Of a stretch of 64,000 nucleotides of DNA, positions 36,325-50,040 are shown piece by piece; the first letter of the stretch is position 1, and the number at the start of each line of letters is the position of its first letter. The stretch is taken from NCBI GenBank assembly GCA_964304625.1, contig OZ199839.1:2573587-2637586 (forward strand), read 5' to 3'. Below the pieces are notes generated by a model. It saw nothing but the letters and a program-made list of their open reading frames with translations. It ran no database searches and was not told the DNA's origin. The DNA is from Kudoa neothunni (taxonomy: Eukaryota; Animalia; Cnidaria). Both the position numbers and the translations under genes were made by a program.

Positions 36325-38956
36325 TTATCTGATTCCCTTGCTTGAAGCCACCTTCTTGCGGTAAATAACCAAATAATAAAATAATCCTGCAGCTACACAT
36401 AGTATTACTCCAACGACAGATCCCCTATTAAAATTGTTAACATCTTTATTCAGAACAATTTTACGATATAATCCCGGCCACCTTCATACTAAATCTATGT
36501 TAGTTCATTACAAAAATTATCTTTTTACTGGTTAGAATCAGTTTTTGCAATTACATCTGGTGCTAAATATACCATTTTTCAATTATACTTTATATATTCA
36601 TGTATTTACTAAAAAGTATATAATTATAAAATTAAGAAGTCCAAATATTTATGAGAAATGAATTATGTAATTTTATTTCATTATTAGTATATGAATAAAT
36701 AGCTTACCCTTTGGTTGTGGCACGCGTGACTTTTGTGGTCGGTGGAGCTAATTTTCAATTTAAAACAAAATAAAGAAATAATCTAATTGATAATTACTAA
36801 ATATTTATATAATAATTCAGTCGTTTATTAAACATGATTACCTTGTAGTATCTGTCACACTCTCACCTTCTATAGAATGATTGCATCTCAAATAAACAAT
36901 TAAAAATACCTTTTCTCACAATATATATTGTTTCTCCATGCATGTATTTTTCAGGTTTCACTATTAATTTGTATGATTTTTCAGATGAAACACCAGTATA
37001 TGTGATTGAGTCGCATTTTGTATCGCAAACTGCACCGGCCGTAGATGTCGCAGGGCACGGATTCCCCACTATTTTAGGTGTTGTAGCATCTGTAATATCA
37101 ATCAATGTATTAGAGCATTTTATTTCTGCCATATTTCTTGATGGATTCATAGCTCCGACAAACTTTATGGTCCCGCCATTAAACGAATGTGTTATGGTTA
37201 ATGTCGCACCATCTAATGAAAAGGTTAAATTGAAAAATAAAACGAGAATTACCTGTTATCAATTCTTCAACTATTTTATCACTTTTTGTGCTATCAAATT
37301 TTATCATCACGGAGTATTGTGTCCCGCGCTCCAATCTTTCGAGTTCAACTTGTTCAGAACACATTACTCTGCAAGGGAACCTTCCATTGCAATGTACATC
37401 AGTGTAGAAATTTGTCCATTCATTCTTTATTTTAATTAAACAAGCAATTTTATCATTGTTCTCGGCCATTGGCTGTAATCGTACTCTTGTATCCATAATG
37501 TTTATTTTATTACTTTCAAGTTGTACCGTATCTCCATCTGTATATTTATTTAATAAATTCACAAAATTTATTTACTTGTCCTTAAATAATATTCAAATGT
37601 TGTCACTTCTGAATTATCCTTTTTTGCATCAACAATTATGATATAAGTTGTTCCGGCAATTAAGTTGGAAATGCTTTTAGTGTCACAATTGGTGGTGTGT
37701 ACTGCATCTGAATATTGCGGTTCTTGTTTTTTTGTAATTGTTGGATCAAGAGCCTTTCTCATGCTAACAGTACAACTGTTAGCATCACTTGTACCAGTTG
37801 ATGACTTCATATTTGAAAAATCTAGTGTAAATCCGGTGTTTGTAGTATCTTTCGGAGTAATATCATTATTTGCCACTATAAGTAAGTTAATCGTCTTTCA
37901 TTTAACTTTTTATACTTGTGTGTGTTTTAACTTGATCTTCTTTCATTGTCACTTCACGAATATAAACAGATTTCAGTTGAAAATTTTCGTCGGCTTTCAT
38001 TACAACCATGGTACATGGATGAATACATATATCCGAGTTTATTCCACAATTTTTCACGTATTCTTTTTCTCGTGCAGTTTGATTTTTTATTCTGAATTCG
38101 CAAAGTTTATCAGGTTTTGGATTTAGAATTGTAATTTTATATTTTTCATCTCCTGATTCTTTAGTCACTTTGAAGAAAAATTGGGAATATTCAGAGGCCT
38201 TTTTTGTATATTTATTGTTTATATAATAAACAAAATTAGGGAAATAATCGCCACATTCTAATGTATAATCGTATCGATAGGTTATTAAACTTGCCTTCAA
38301 ACTAGCTTGATTTTCTGTCTTACAAGTATCACTTGTCTCTGATTTCACAACATCAAAACCACCTGAGGTCAGTTTGCATTCTGTTATTGGACATATCATT
38401 CTATAAGTAAACTTGATATTTTCCGCTTCCGTTGTTACAGAAATTCCTGGATTCAAAACATAGCCTAAAAAAATTAAGAATACCCAACAAATCAATTGTA
38501 TTCTCTAGAAGGATTACTTTTTGGTATCAAAAAAACCTTCCTAAAGGTGGGATTAGATTCGGCGTTTTCGTTTGTATCAGCAACTTTGATTAAAATAAAT
38601 ATTGCTGAAAAAGATGCCACCTTCACCTCCAGATTTTCTTTATCACATGACACAACGCATTTACCACTTATTCCAGTGTTATCACAAGACAAATCTTCGT
38701 AAATCAATTGGTTTTCGCTGACTTTTAAAATTTGAATGTGACAGCGTTTAGTGGCATCAAAACTCTTTAGCGATATTTTAATTTTATTTCTATTATTCGT
38801 CACTTCGGTGAGTCCAAATTCAACGTAATTTGATTTTGTCGTAGGGTCAGCATTTAACGAACCTATAATATATCCAGGCGTGTATAATAATATAAACAAA
38901 TACAACTTACAAAATATGAATGCGGAAAAAGTCACAACGGACATAAACAGTCCCAT
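36325..38956 (-). CDS. Array copy 5: FN3-like type I membrane protein (11 exons)
   Basis: Start MGLFMSVVTFSAFIF. ORF pieces 38492-38956, 37902-38495, 37568-37876, 37179-37562 and 36863-37150; TM exon; stop at 36325-36327. Confidence 0.85.
36563..36842 (-). other. Two [D1,2] twin introns, copy 5 (A 36842-36748, inner 36841-36797; B 36708-36563, inner 36707-36609)
   Basis: Outer donors GTAATT and GTAAAT; exon 36747-36709 is 39 nt. Confidence 0.82.
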
Positions 38957-39712
38957 TATAAATGAAAGAGATTTAATCCGTTATTTGACCATTCACGGAT
39001 ACAATTCGATTCAATCGACAATGAATTTTCCGACAAGTCTTAAAAATATTTCAAATTTATAACAAGAATAACAACTAAATAATTTTATATAAGTAAGTGA
39101 TTGTTGAATCCATCCGAAAGAAATTATATAAATTATAAAATTTTCGGGATATTTGAGAAAATTTATAATATTAGAATAATTATTTTTCCACAGCATAGTT
39201 GTTTTTATGCAGAGAAATAATAGTAAAGATAAATTTATTATCACGTTAACCAAAAGATTCTTCTTCATAAAATTGAGTTTAACCTTCCAAGCGCCTGAAA
39301 ATCGACTTTACATATTCCTTCGTTTGGGGTCCGATGGACACCACATGTTTTTAAATTACCCTCCGATGATTTTGGGGCAGAATCTACCACAATGCGATTT
39401 TAAAATTCATATATCTCATTATGTTGGAAATGTTGGCGTTTAAGGTTCTATGCATTCCTGTAACATACATTTTTTTAAAATATTTCATATTAAAATATTT
39501 ATTGCATGTTTATCTACTAAAGTACTTTGGGGTAGAAAATTCCCCACCCATTTTTTACGTTTAAATTTAAACAAAATTGAAAAACTCATTTAATTTATAT
39601 ATATAATGGTTTTATAAGCACAATTGAAATAAATATACATATCTCAAACTAGGTAATTGTGGTTTAATCTGCATTATTGATAATTCATTAAAACCTGTGT
39701 GTCGTAATTTTA

Positions 39713-42700
39713 TAGAGCGGGTGACGGCTAATTCGCACTTTTTTCATTTTCGACAATATTAATAAACCTTGAGGTTTTTATCGCCATATATATGAGTATA
39801 ATAATTAATTATGATATTATACAATTTTAAAATGTTTCATCTTATTAAATATAAGAAAATTTTACGAGTTACACCCATTGATGGATAATTCGCACTAATT
39901 TCAGTGGAGCAGGAATGCAAAGCGCGCGCCAGGATCATTTAATACAGAAATATGGTGAACAAAGAAAGCATATATGGATGACACTTACCGAAAAATATAA
40001 TATTATTAAATACTTTGAAATTCAGCCTCCAAAAAATGCTAAAAGTCATACAGTGCAACATTTAGGCTTATCCTCTATTTTAACATTGAATGAAATATTA
40101 TTGAAAAAAGAGGAAATAAAGAGTTCAGATGAGATCAGAGTAGTCAAGAAAAATCATAAATTCCTGAAAAATGGTTCAAATAATGAAATTAATCAACAAG
40201 TTTTTGAGTGGTTGACCCTGCCTGTCCGAGGTGGGCCACTGAGTGACCCCAATAGAGGTATTTTGTTCATAGAAAACTAAATTATTTTACCTAATATTTC
40301 CTGAATACCTCTTTGATGTTTCAGGGCTTCTTTGTAAACAATAAGAGTTACCGAAATTTGTTTTTAAGGTATGACTTTTTGCGTTGCAAAATGGCACAAT
40401 TTCAAAAATTTAAGTTAACGTTAGGATGTCGTTGCCTAAATTTGATATATTGTTTATTTCATTATTTTTAATAGTTTAAATTGATTGTATTATATTATTA
40501 ATAGAAATGTTAGACTTTTACTGTAGTAAGATTTTTTGGAGGTTTACGGAAGTTATTTTCACAAGGTTGTGTTAATTCTCCGTCAGTAGAAAACTTTTTG
40601 TTACTGTATGATAATACTTAAGAAAATTAGTATCGTGCTAAAAATTGTCCGAGAAGATAACTCAACTTATTGAGGTTCATCAAGCCGCGGCGATGACGTC
40701 TCATAATATGAATTTTCTGATATTACGCTTATTCAAACTGATTTTTTTCATTCGTAATATTGTTTATGTTTCATCCGCAAAACCAAAAATTAAATTATTA
40801 CATTTCTGTTTTTCAAATAAATTGAACTATAATGTCAATATATAATCAAAAAGTGTGTAAATTTTAAAACGAAACAGATTATGACTGAAGAATTCAACAA
40901 ACAGCAAAAATAGAAATTTCTTCTGCGTCGTCGGAATCCAAAATCTGCTTATACCGACCACTAATGAAACTTACGTTTTGTTGTGCGTTTTGTTGTTGGT
41001 GGCATAATCGTGCTAAACTTTTGTTTTTTTTAAGTTTTATGATAATCGAGTGAATTATGTCTACAAAGAAATCATTATTGCCGAAATGCTGTCAATTTAA
41101 ACCCATCGCATTTCATTTTGTGTACAAAATGATGCGGCTAACAATCAATGCCATTTTTTGTAATGAAGGAAATAAAAATTCAGTTAAATTTTTGTTGTTA
41201 TCAGCTTAATACTATATAATAAATTAATTGATAATAATTCAAGTGTAGTCAAATGTCATTAACATTGATTTCTACTTGGGTCGCTGAGCGCCCCACCTTG
41301 GCACAGGGGTAATTTTTTTCACTTAGTACAGGGAAGGTTAATATGAATGAGGTCTAAAAAATTGGAAATTTCGTCGTTGGAAATTATTTCGAAACGAAAT
41401 GAATTGTAAAAAACATTAATAAAGAAGCGGAAGATATGAGCTATGGTTGGTTTCGTAGATTCAACGAAAGATTTTAATTTACGACTAAATTTTCATGGTG
41501 AGGCAAACATGGTAAACATGGAAGCTGTCGATGATTGGAAACTTCAACTAAAAAATATATTGAAAAATTATAAAGCTGAACAAGTGTACAACCTTAATGA
41601 AACAGCTTTATTCTATCAGCAACATCTCAGTAAGACATAAGCTATACAAAAACGACAAAAAGAATCATTAATTTGTTACATGTCGTTAAAAAAAACAATT
41701 ATATCAACATTTAATATATGTCAATCATTAACAAATACCGATTAAAATTTTGTTAAGAACTATTTTACAATACATTATATTCACGCGAACGTATTTATGG
41801 TAACATAGTTTAGAAAGAATTTATGTTCTATCTACTGAAATAAATGCAAAATGCTCAAAGTGATAAAAAAGAGTTACGCTTTTATTGGGAGCATCATTAT
41901 TAGGCGAAAAATTGGAACCATTAGTGATTGGTCATCATGAAAACCCTAGGTGTTTTAAAAATTTGAAAAATACTCAAGTTCCTTACTTCTCCAATATGAA
42001 AGCATGAATGACCTCGGAGATATTTAAGAAATATTTAGTTAAATTAAATTCTAATTACAAATAGCTGAACAAAAAAATTGTGCTATTTCTTGATAATGCG
42101 AGTTGCCATTCACCATTACAATTATCACATATTGAATTATCATTTTTCCCTAAAAAACACAACTAGTGTTCTACAACCTATGGATCAAGGGATTACTAAT
42201 TCATTTAAAGCTGTTTATAGAAGATATCTAATAAATAGATCTACATTTTTAGTTGAGAATGATGTCGAACTTAAACCAATTGATTTATTAGATGCGTTGG
42301 TATTTGTAAAAAAAAATCGTGGGATCACGTAAACGATCCAAATAATATCCAATTGTTTCAAGAAGGCTGGATTTAGATTCGATGATAACGAAGATCCTTA
42401 TTACTATTTTTTACAAACTTAATAATTATACATAGACGAACCCGTAAACCATGAAGTTTTAAATGATATCGACGATCCAGAAATAATACAATGTCAAGAT
42501 GAAGATGAACTCGTTTCAAGTCTGTGAATTTGAGGGAAACCATGAAAACAACGGATGTAACCATGGATGTAGAAAAATTGTCTGATTATGAACCTGAAAC
42601 ATACAAAGAAGTGTCATATACCACGAAACAAGTGCTGAAATGCTTTGAATATTTTAAAGGGACACTTCCTTAAGAATGGATCAAATATTTTGGATTATCT

Positions 42701-42926
42701 TCACAAACCAGAAGAGGAAATGTTTCTAGTCTCAAAAAAAAGGATTTAAGCAAACGAAAATAATAAATTTTTGTTTAAAAAAGTAGGATAATATCACATT
42801 TCTTATAAAATCGACCAAAATCTTTTGCGCGCGCTAAATAATAGTGCGAATTAGCCAGCAATGATGTTTAATAAGAACTTTTTCTTTGGTCCCAAATGGA
42901 TTACGAATTAGCCGTCACCCACTCTA
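39713..42926 (+). mobile_element. pogo/Tigger-type transposon, degenerate, interrupted by a piggyBac-like insert
   Basis: TIRs tagagcgggtgacggctaattcg / cgaattagccgtcacccactcta, TA TSD. Motifs LTEKYNII, VFEWL, FHGEA, VYNLNETALFY, FLDNASCH and NTTSVLQPMDQGI. Confidence 0.92.
40216..41337. mobile_element. Non-autonomous piggyBac-like element inside the pogo transposase
   Basis: ttga|ccctgcctgt ... acagggaagg|ttaa, plus a subterminal inverted repeat. Removing it rejoins the VFEWL..MRSK reading. Confidence 0.75.
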
Positions 42927-43420
42927 TACAGACAATTGAAATACCTTTTTTGTATATTTTTCAAAAGTTCTCAATTTTGTGTATTCTATTTCAATCTATT
43001 TTTATTATTGTGTTTATAACTTAATTTGTTCGGTAACAATTTTAGATTCTTAGTAACTTTTCGACAAAGAATGAACGCTTATCTTTTTCAAATTAGCAAA
43101 TATCCAAAATTATAAATAATTTGAATAATAAAAATGTTAAAATCATTTAATTGCTATTTTACTGTTTTCCGATTTCGTGTTTTTCATCATAATCAATGTA
43201 TTATATTGCCAATATTTGGAGTAGATTAAATAATTATCTCTTTCAAATTTTAGAAAATACAAAATTTTCGTAAACAATGTTTGATGTAAATGTGTAATTA
43301 ACGTTTGCATTAATAAAACACAGTAATTTCTATAAGGCTCCCCTTACATCAATAAAATTCACAAGATTTATCTTAAAGGAGACAATATTTTTATTTTTTT
43401 TGTTTGATGTTAATTTAATT

Positions 43421-44481
43421 GGCTAAACTACAGTATACGTGTACCAACTTTGGGATCAGATGAGAACGCTCGCTAAAAATCTGCAATGCATTTAATTTGT
43501 ATATAATATCAATAAATATCTAAAAAGTGTGCTTAATTCTCGTTTGTAATACTTCCTTAGGAAAAGGCAGTCTGATATATACTTAGGCGAGGTTTCTGGG
43601 TTTTTGTTTGTGGCTTTTTTGTATTTGCGTTTAAAAGCGCCCCAAATAAACTCAATCCGGTTGGTGTGAACTTTTTCACTTGAAACAAACTGTCGTTTTA
43701 TGGATAACTCTTCCATGAACGAAACCTAAACTTTCTAACTTATTGTATCCAGCCCAACCGTCAGTCCATATTGTAGAACCATCTTCTACGTTATCAATTA
43801 TTATGTTCTCAAGAACATTTTAATTCCTGTAGCGGGATATTTAAAAAAAAACATTCATCATTTTCGTCTATTCCTCAATTAACCAGAAATGTTGGTTCTT
43901 TAGAATTCTCCCCACGTTGTACTTTCTTTTTGAAGACAGCAATCTTATCAGTTTGAACTACAACGTTCTCGCCTTCAATTTTTGTGCATTCTTCGCCCAA
44001 TTTCGAAGCCATCAAATCTCGAATTACACTTTTCCACTCTGCAATGGTAGAAAAGGATGAGATATCGTCATAATGTTGTATTTCTTCATAGGTGGCGCTG
44101 GGACTTTGGAGAGTATAGAGCAGAAAGACAAAACATTTCCACAGTGGAAGCTTTGATAGTTCGAAAATACTGTATTTTCGAATTGAACATCTCTTTCGGA
44201 AAAATTTACAATAAAGCTGATGACCATCACCAATATCTTTCCTTGCCACCATTTTCACTATCGAGCCACAAAAGCATTTAAGATAGCTACTCAAAGTCCA
44301 ATATTGATCAGAGTTTCAATGTATAATTTATATCATCTCAAAAATAAACCATAATCAAGTATTGTTATGATATCTATATATTCCAATGTGTACATTTTTT
44401 TAAAACTCGATATGGCGCAAATATTTCCCGAGAATATGTGATGCCTTCCGAAGTCGGTACACAGTATATTGTAGTTTTGCC
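43421..44481 (-). mobile_element. Merlin (ISXO2/IS1595-like) transposon, degenerate
   Basis: TIRs ggctaaactacagtatacgtgtaccaactt / aagtcggtacacagtatattgtagttttgcc. Motifs VVVQTD, GSTIWTDGWAGY and HTNRIEFIWGAFKR. Confidence 0.88.
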
Positions 44482-45619
44482 CAAAAATTATTCCAACGAT
44501 TGATTTTTGCATATATATAAAATAAACCGATATTTTAATTTATAAGCCACCAATTATTGTCTAATCAACATAAAAGGCTGATTTTTAATGTAAAATCTAT
44601 ATTGTAAATTTTGTCATTAAAATTTAAAATTTAATAGGAAAAAATATGTTTAAGTAATAGAAAAAAGTATTGGTCTATGCGTTCTCAGAATTATGAGAAA
44701 TTCGTTTTTGTGGGCAATAGACCCACCCCGACACGAGATTATAGGCTAGCGTGGTAATAACCACAGCCTTACTGGATTGTATACACGTTCCGTTGGTTCT
44801 TCTAAAATTTAACTTCATTGTATTTCCTTTTTGTATGACGGTTTCATTTCTCCGTATAACAACTCTTATTTCCTTGAGTTTTTTGGAATTTTTGGAATTT
44901 TTCGTCAAGTTTTGAAGCCATTAAATCATGAATAATACTCTTCCATTAAAAATGGTGGTATACAACATTATTTGAAATAAAATTGTAACGTTTCGCAAGT
45001 AACCGTTGGGGATTTGTATGACGTAAACCATAAAAATAAAACTTTTCGACAGTGGAAGTTTGGATAATTCTAAAATATTATTTTTTTCTTACTGGGCATC
45101 ATTTTTGTCAATCTGTACATCTAAATTAATAGCCTTTGCTAGTATCCTTTTTTGTTGCTATCTTCATTAACACGCCACACAAACCTTTCATGCAACTTTT
45201 GTAGAAGTCCAAGATTCTGTAAAACTTTAATTGTATATATGTTGTTTTCACGAAAAATATGCAAAATCAATAATTGTTATATCATCAATGTTCTCTAATG
45301 CGAATAATTTCCTAAAACTTCCCATCCCATGCAATTATTCAACAATTACGAGCAAAAGCCCCAAGTTTGTAACATCTATTGTAAAATAGCCAATATTCTG
45401 TATAATCCAGGGTAAGTTACGATTCGTTGCATATATCACAATCACTTACAGTTGTGGAAAGAAGTTTCCGAATGTTAAAGCATTTTCCCTCAAAAGTTAT
45501 GGAATAAACCCAATTTTGGAACGAATAATTATATTTTAAATATTATATTAAACTGAAATTTGTATAGATAAAACTATATTTAGGTTTATTTCATAACATT
45601 AACTCTATTAATAAAGTTC

Positions 45620-45703
45620 AAGTTGCGTGCACTAGTTTTTAAAATGAACGTCAATTTAATCGTCGAATTTTCGAAAAATGTTCGTCCAAAAATTACGTCC
45701 TTT
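45620..45703. repeat. Terminal fragment of the hAT-MITE family seen at 52631-53268
   Basis: Reverse-complement match to 52631-52715. Confidence 0.6.
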
Positions 45704-46134
45704 AGTTATAAATAATTTTTTTTATTTCCGTTCCCGCTCAACATAAAATCAAGATTTAAAATGTGTATTAATACAAATTTTTGTTTAGTTGATTTCGATT
45801 GTTCAATATTATTTTAATAAATGAATGTACCTTTTAAATCATTAATTACTGAATTTATTAGCTGTTGACTGTTATTATTTTACCATATTTATAAGAGACG
45901 GTATACGAAAATTTTAAATTATTTCAAAATTAGATTTATTCAATAAAATAAATAAGGAATCTTAAACCAGTTAAAATCTAAAATTTACGATTTTATATAT
46001 TCACATTGGAATTTATTTTATTGTAAGATTAAATTTCAATAACCATTTAAAACCACGAATCAAAAACAAAAATTTATGAGAAATTATATAAAAAAATTTT
46101 TGGTAGTAAATATATAATTTATTGAAAACATGGA

Positions 46135-48758
46135 TTATCTAATTCCTTTGCTTGATGCCACCTTCTTGCGATAGATAACCAAATAATAAAACAATCCAGC
46201 AGCTACACATAGAATCACTCCCAACAACAGATCCTCTATTAAAATTGTTACATCCCATTTTCAGAAAGATTTTACGATATAATTCCAGCCACTTTCATAC
46301 TAAATTTATGTTAGCTAATTACAAAAATAATCTTTTTACTGGTTGGAGTCTGCTTTTGCAATGATATCTGGCGCTAAATATACCATTTTTCAATTATACT
46401 TTATATATTCATGTATTTACTAAAAAGTATATTATTGTAAAATTACGAAATCAATATTTTAATAAGAAATAAATTATATAATTTTTTATAGTTAGAATAT
46501 GAATAACTTGTTTACCCCTTAGTTGTGGCACGCGTAATTTTTGTGGTTGATGGAGCTAATTTTCAAATTTAAATAAATGTGTAAATAATTGAGTTGATGA
46601 TTACTAAATATACTACTAAATCATTAATTTATTAAACGTTGTTTACCTTGTAGTATCTGTCACACTCTCACCTCTCTATAGTAATGATTGCATTTCAAAT
46701 AACCAATTAAAAATACCTTTTTCTTCACAATATATATTGTATCTCCGTGCATGTAGTTTTCAGGCTTCACTATATAATTTGTACGATTTGTCCGATGAGA
46801 CACCAGAGTATGTGATTGAATTGCATTTTGTTTCACAACCAGCACCGGTGGCAAGACACGGAGTTCCCACTGTAATGGGTTTTGTAGCATCTGTAATATC
46901 AATCAATGTATTGTAACATTTTGTTGTTAACATGTCTCTCGGGGGATTCATAACTCCGGCAAAAGTTATGGTCCCGCCATTAAACGAATGGCGTTATGGT
47001 TAATGTTTGCACCATCTAAGATGAGATAATTATTCATCAATTTATATAATAAGTACCTGTTGTCAATCCAGTAACTATTTTATCATTTATTTTTCATCAA
47101 ATTTTATCATCAAGGAATATTTGGTACCGCGCTCCAGCCTTTGAAGTTCAACTCTCTCAGAGCACATTACTCTGCATGGAAAATCTTCCGTTGCAGTATA
47201 CATCAGTATAAACATTTGTCCATTCATTCATTATTTTAATTAAACACGCAATATTATCATTATTCGGAGTCATTGGCTGGAATCGAATGTCTTGTATCCA
47301 TGATATTTATATTTGTAGTTGGAAGTTCTAATTCTTCTCCACCTAAGTGCTTATGGATAAAATTTATTTTATAAAACTTAATACTGGTTTTTATATAGTA
47401 TTGATACGTCGTTTGTACTGTCCCTGCATCCGTCGTATCAACCATAATAACGTATGCTGTTCCGGTATTTAAGATGTTAACCCTTTCGTTATTACGGCTA
47501 CTGCCACAGCTCCCATCCGAACATTGTAATTGTGTTTTTGTTGTAATTGTTGGATCAAGGGCCTTTCTTACGTAAACTGTACAACCAGTAGCGTCACCTG
47601 TACCAGATGATGATTTCATATTTGCTAAATCTAAAGTAAAACCAGTAACTGAAAGTGCGGTTGGGATTATTTTATTTATTTGTCACTATAACAAAGTTAA
47701 TCGCCCTTTCTTTACTTTTTATACTTATGTAAGTCTTAATTTGATGTACTTTTTTTGCCACCTCACGAATATAAACAGACTCCAGTTGAAAGTTTGTATC
47801 GGCTCTCATTTCAACCTCAGTACATGGATGAATACATATTTTCGAATTTTCTCCACAGTTTGTCACATATTCATTTTCTCCTGAAGTTTTATCTTTTAAT
47901 CTAAATTCGCAGAGCTTATCAGGTTTTTTGTTAATAATTGTAATTTTATATTTTTCATTTCCTGATTCATTTGTCACTGTGAAGAAAAATTCAGAAAATT
48001 CAGGAGCCTTTTTTGTGTAATCATTGTTGATATAATAAACAAAACTAGGGAAATAATCGCCGCATTCTAAAGTGTAATCGTACCGATAGGTTATTAAACT
48101 TGCTTTCAAGCTAGCTTGATCTGTTGATTCACATGTTACAGTTTGTTCTGATCCCACAATATCAATACCATCTGAAGTCAGTTTGTATTGTGTAATAGGA
48201 CAAATCATGTTATATGTAAACTTAATATTTTCAGCTTCCGTTGTTACAGTAATACTAGGATTCAGAACGTAGTCTTAGTAAAATTAAGATTATTCAAAAA
48301 ATAAATGGCATTTTTTAAATGAATTACTTTTTGGTATCATAAATACTTTTTTGAGTAATGGAATCGTTCCCAACTGTTCATTTGAGTTAAAAACTTTAAT
48401 TAAAATAAATTTTGAATAAAATGAAGCTTCTTCCACTTCTATACTTTCCTTGTTGCATGCTACAATGCATTTTGTATCTGTTGGAGTTTCTGTACATTTG
48501 AAATCTGCGTAAATCAATTTATTTTGCTGGTTAAGCTTAGAAATTTGTATGTAACATATTTTTCCGACATCAAAATTTTTCAGCGATATTTTAATTTTAT
48601 CTCTTTTGTTGTCCACTTTAATGAAACCAAACTCAAGGTAGTTTGATTTCGTCGTTGTTTCAATGCTTATAGAAACTAAATAATATTTAAACAATAATGT
48701 AACAAAAGTTACGTAATGCGGAACTTAAAATGAACCCAACTGATAAAAGAAGCTTCAT
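46135..48758 (-). pseudogene. Array copy 6: frameshifted paralogue (pseudogene or consensus errors)
   Basis: Exons 1-3 and 8-11 look intact. Multiple single-base indels lie between ~46670 and ~47680; the first produces VTNK* at 47672. Confidence 0.65.
46374..46647 (-). other. Two [D1,2] twin introns, copy 6 (A 46647-46556, inner 46646-46604; B 46516-46374, inner 46515-46420)
   Basis: Outer donors GTAATC and GTAAAT; exon 46555-46517 is 39 nt. Confidence 0.78.
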
Positions 48759-49259
48759 TGTAAACTAAACGAAACCGACGTAATCTGTGTTTTGGGCATT
48801 CATGAATATAGATCAATTCAATGAACAATGAAATTTTCGATATATCTTATAATCGTGGATTAACTATATAAATTTCGAAAAATTAGAATATTCTTTCCAA
48901 ATGATTGATCATAAATTGAATATATCTTAATTATAAAACTATTCGAAATATCTTATATCAAAGCTAAATAAAAAATTACATAATTCGATTAATATTATAA
49001 CATAAATTTATTCACAATAAATCTTTAAATTCAAGGTAAAAGTTCCTTTCAAATTCCAGTAATATAATTTTGATCACATCCAAATAATGGGTATTTGAAA
49101 TTTTGCAAAATTATTTAATCCAAACATTAAAAATAACTATTCTATACCTTCATCTTTCTTACCCATCTACTTTCCTCAATATATATGGTTCCATAGTCAT
49201 TGATAGCGATTTAGAACAAACAATATTCATCTACATAAATTAATATAAAATTAATTTCT

Positions 49260-50040
49260 ATGTTTGGCACTGAAAAAAATGCTTCCGTCAAAAATAACAT
49301 AAGAAACGGATGTAATGATTACACTCAATTCCATACATTATACGAAAAAGCATCTTCCTGTCGTAACAAAATCAACTATTTTCGTAAGATTTTAACTCTG
49401 GATCATAAGTTTGAAGTTAGAATTCTTACTGAAGATGCGAATCGGCTTTGTGCAATAATATTTATAGAGGATGAGGTTAAGAAGGTTTTTTCCCTTTTTC
49501 TATATCTACTTATGTATACAGCCCAAAAATTACTGGAATCATGATAAAAAAACTCATTTTTCATAATTTATTTTTTAAACTTCAAATCCTATTAAATTTT
49601 CTTCAGTGTTCCCCAATACCTAACATATAACTATATTCCCTGGAACGAACCATATAAATAGTGTATGCATTTATTACAAAAAAAGTCATTCAAAACTAGT
49701 ATATTAATGAAATAATATCTATTCTGTCATCGATAAAGGAGAAGGTACTTTCTGCTTTAACCAGCAAAGATTCGAAAGTCTTGAAAAACAATTCTCGGAA
49801 TGCTAAACTAATTATATGTAAATTACACGTTTTACAAATTTTTGAGTGGTAGATATTGCATTAAATATATATCGCACGTGGATTAAAAGACCCTATGCTA
49901 GAAATTCTTCAAAAAATAATCTTCGTTAGAAATTAAGATGATTACCAGAAAATGTGCATTGAGCTTAACAGTTAAACGTTGGGAACTTTGGTTCGTATTT
50001 TAAAAAGAATTGGTATCCAATTCGATCATAATGGATTAAT
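49260..50040 (+). mobile_element. Highly degenerate MULE-type transposase remnant
   Basis: Fragments LCAIIFI...VKKVFSLF and SYFKKNWYPIRS*W resemble MULE/ZSWIM3-like transposases. Confidence 0.5.
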
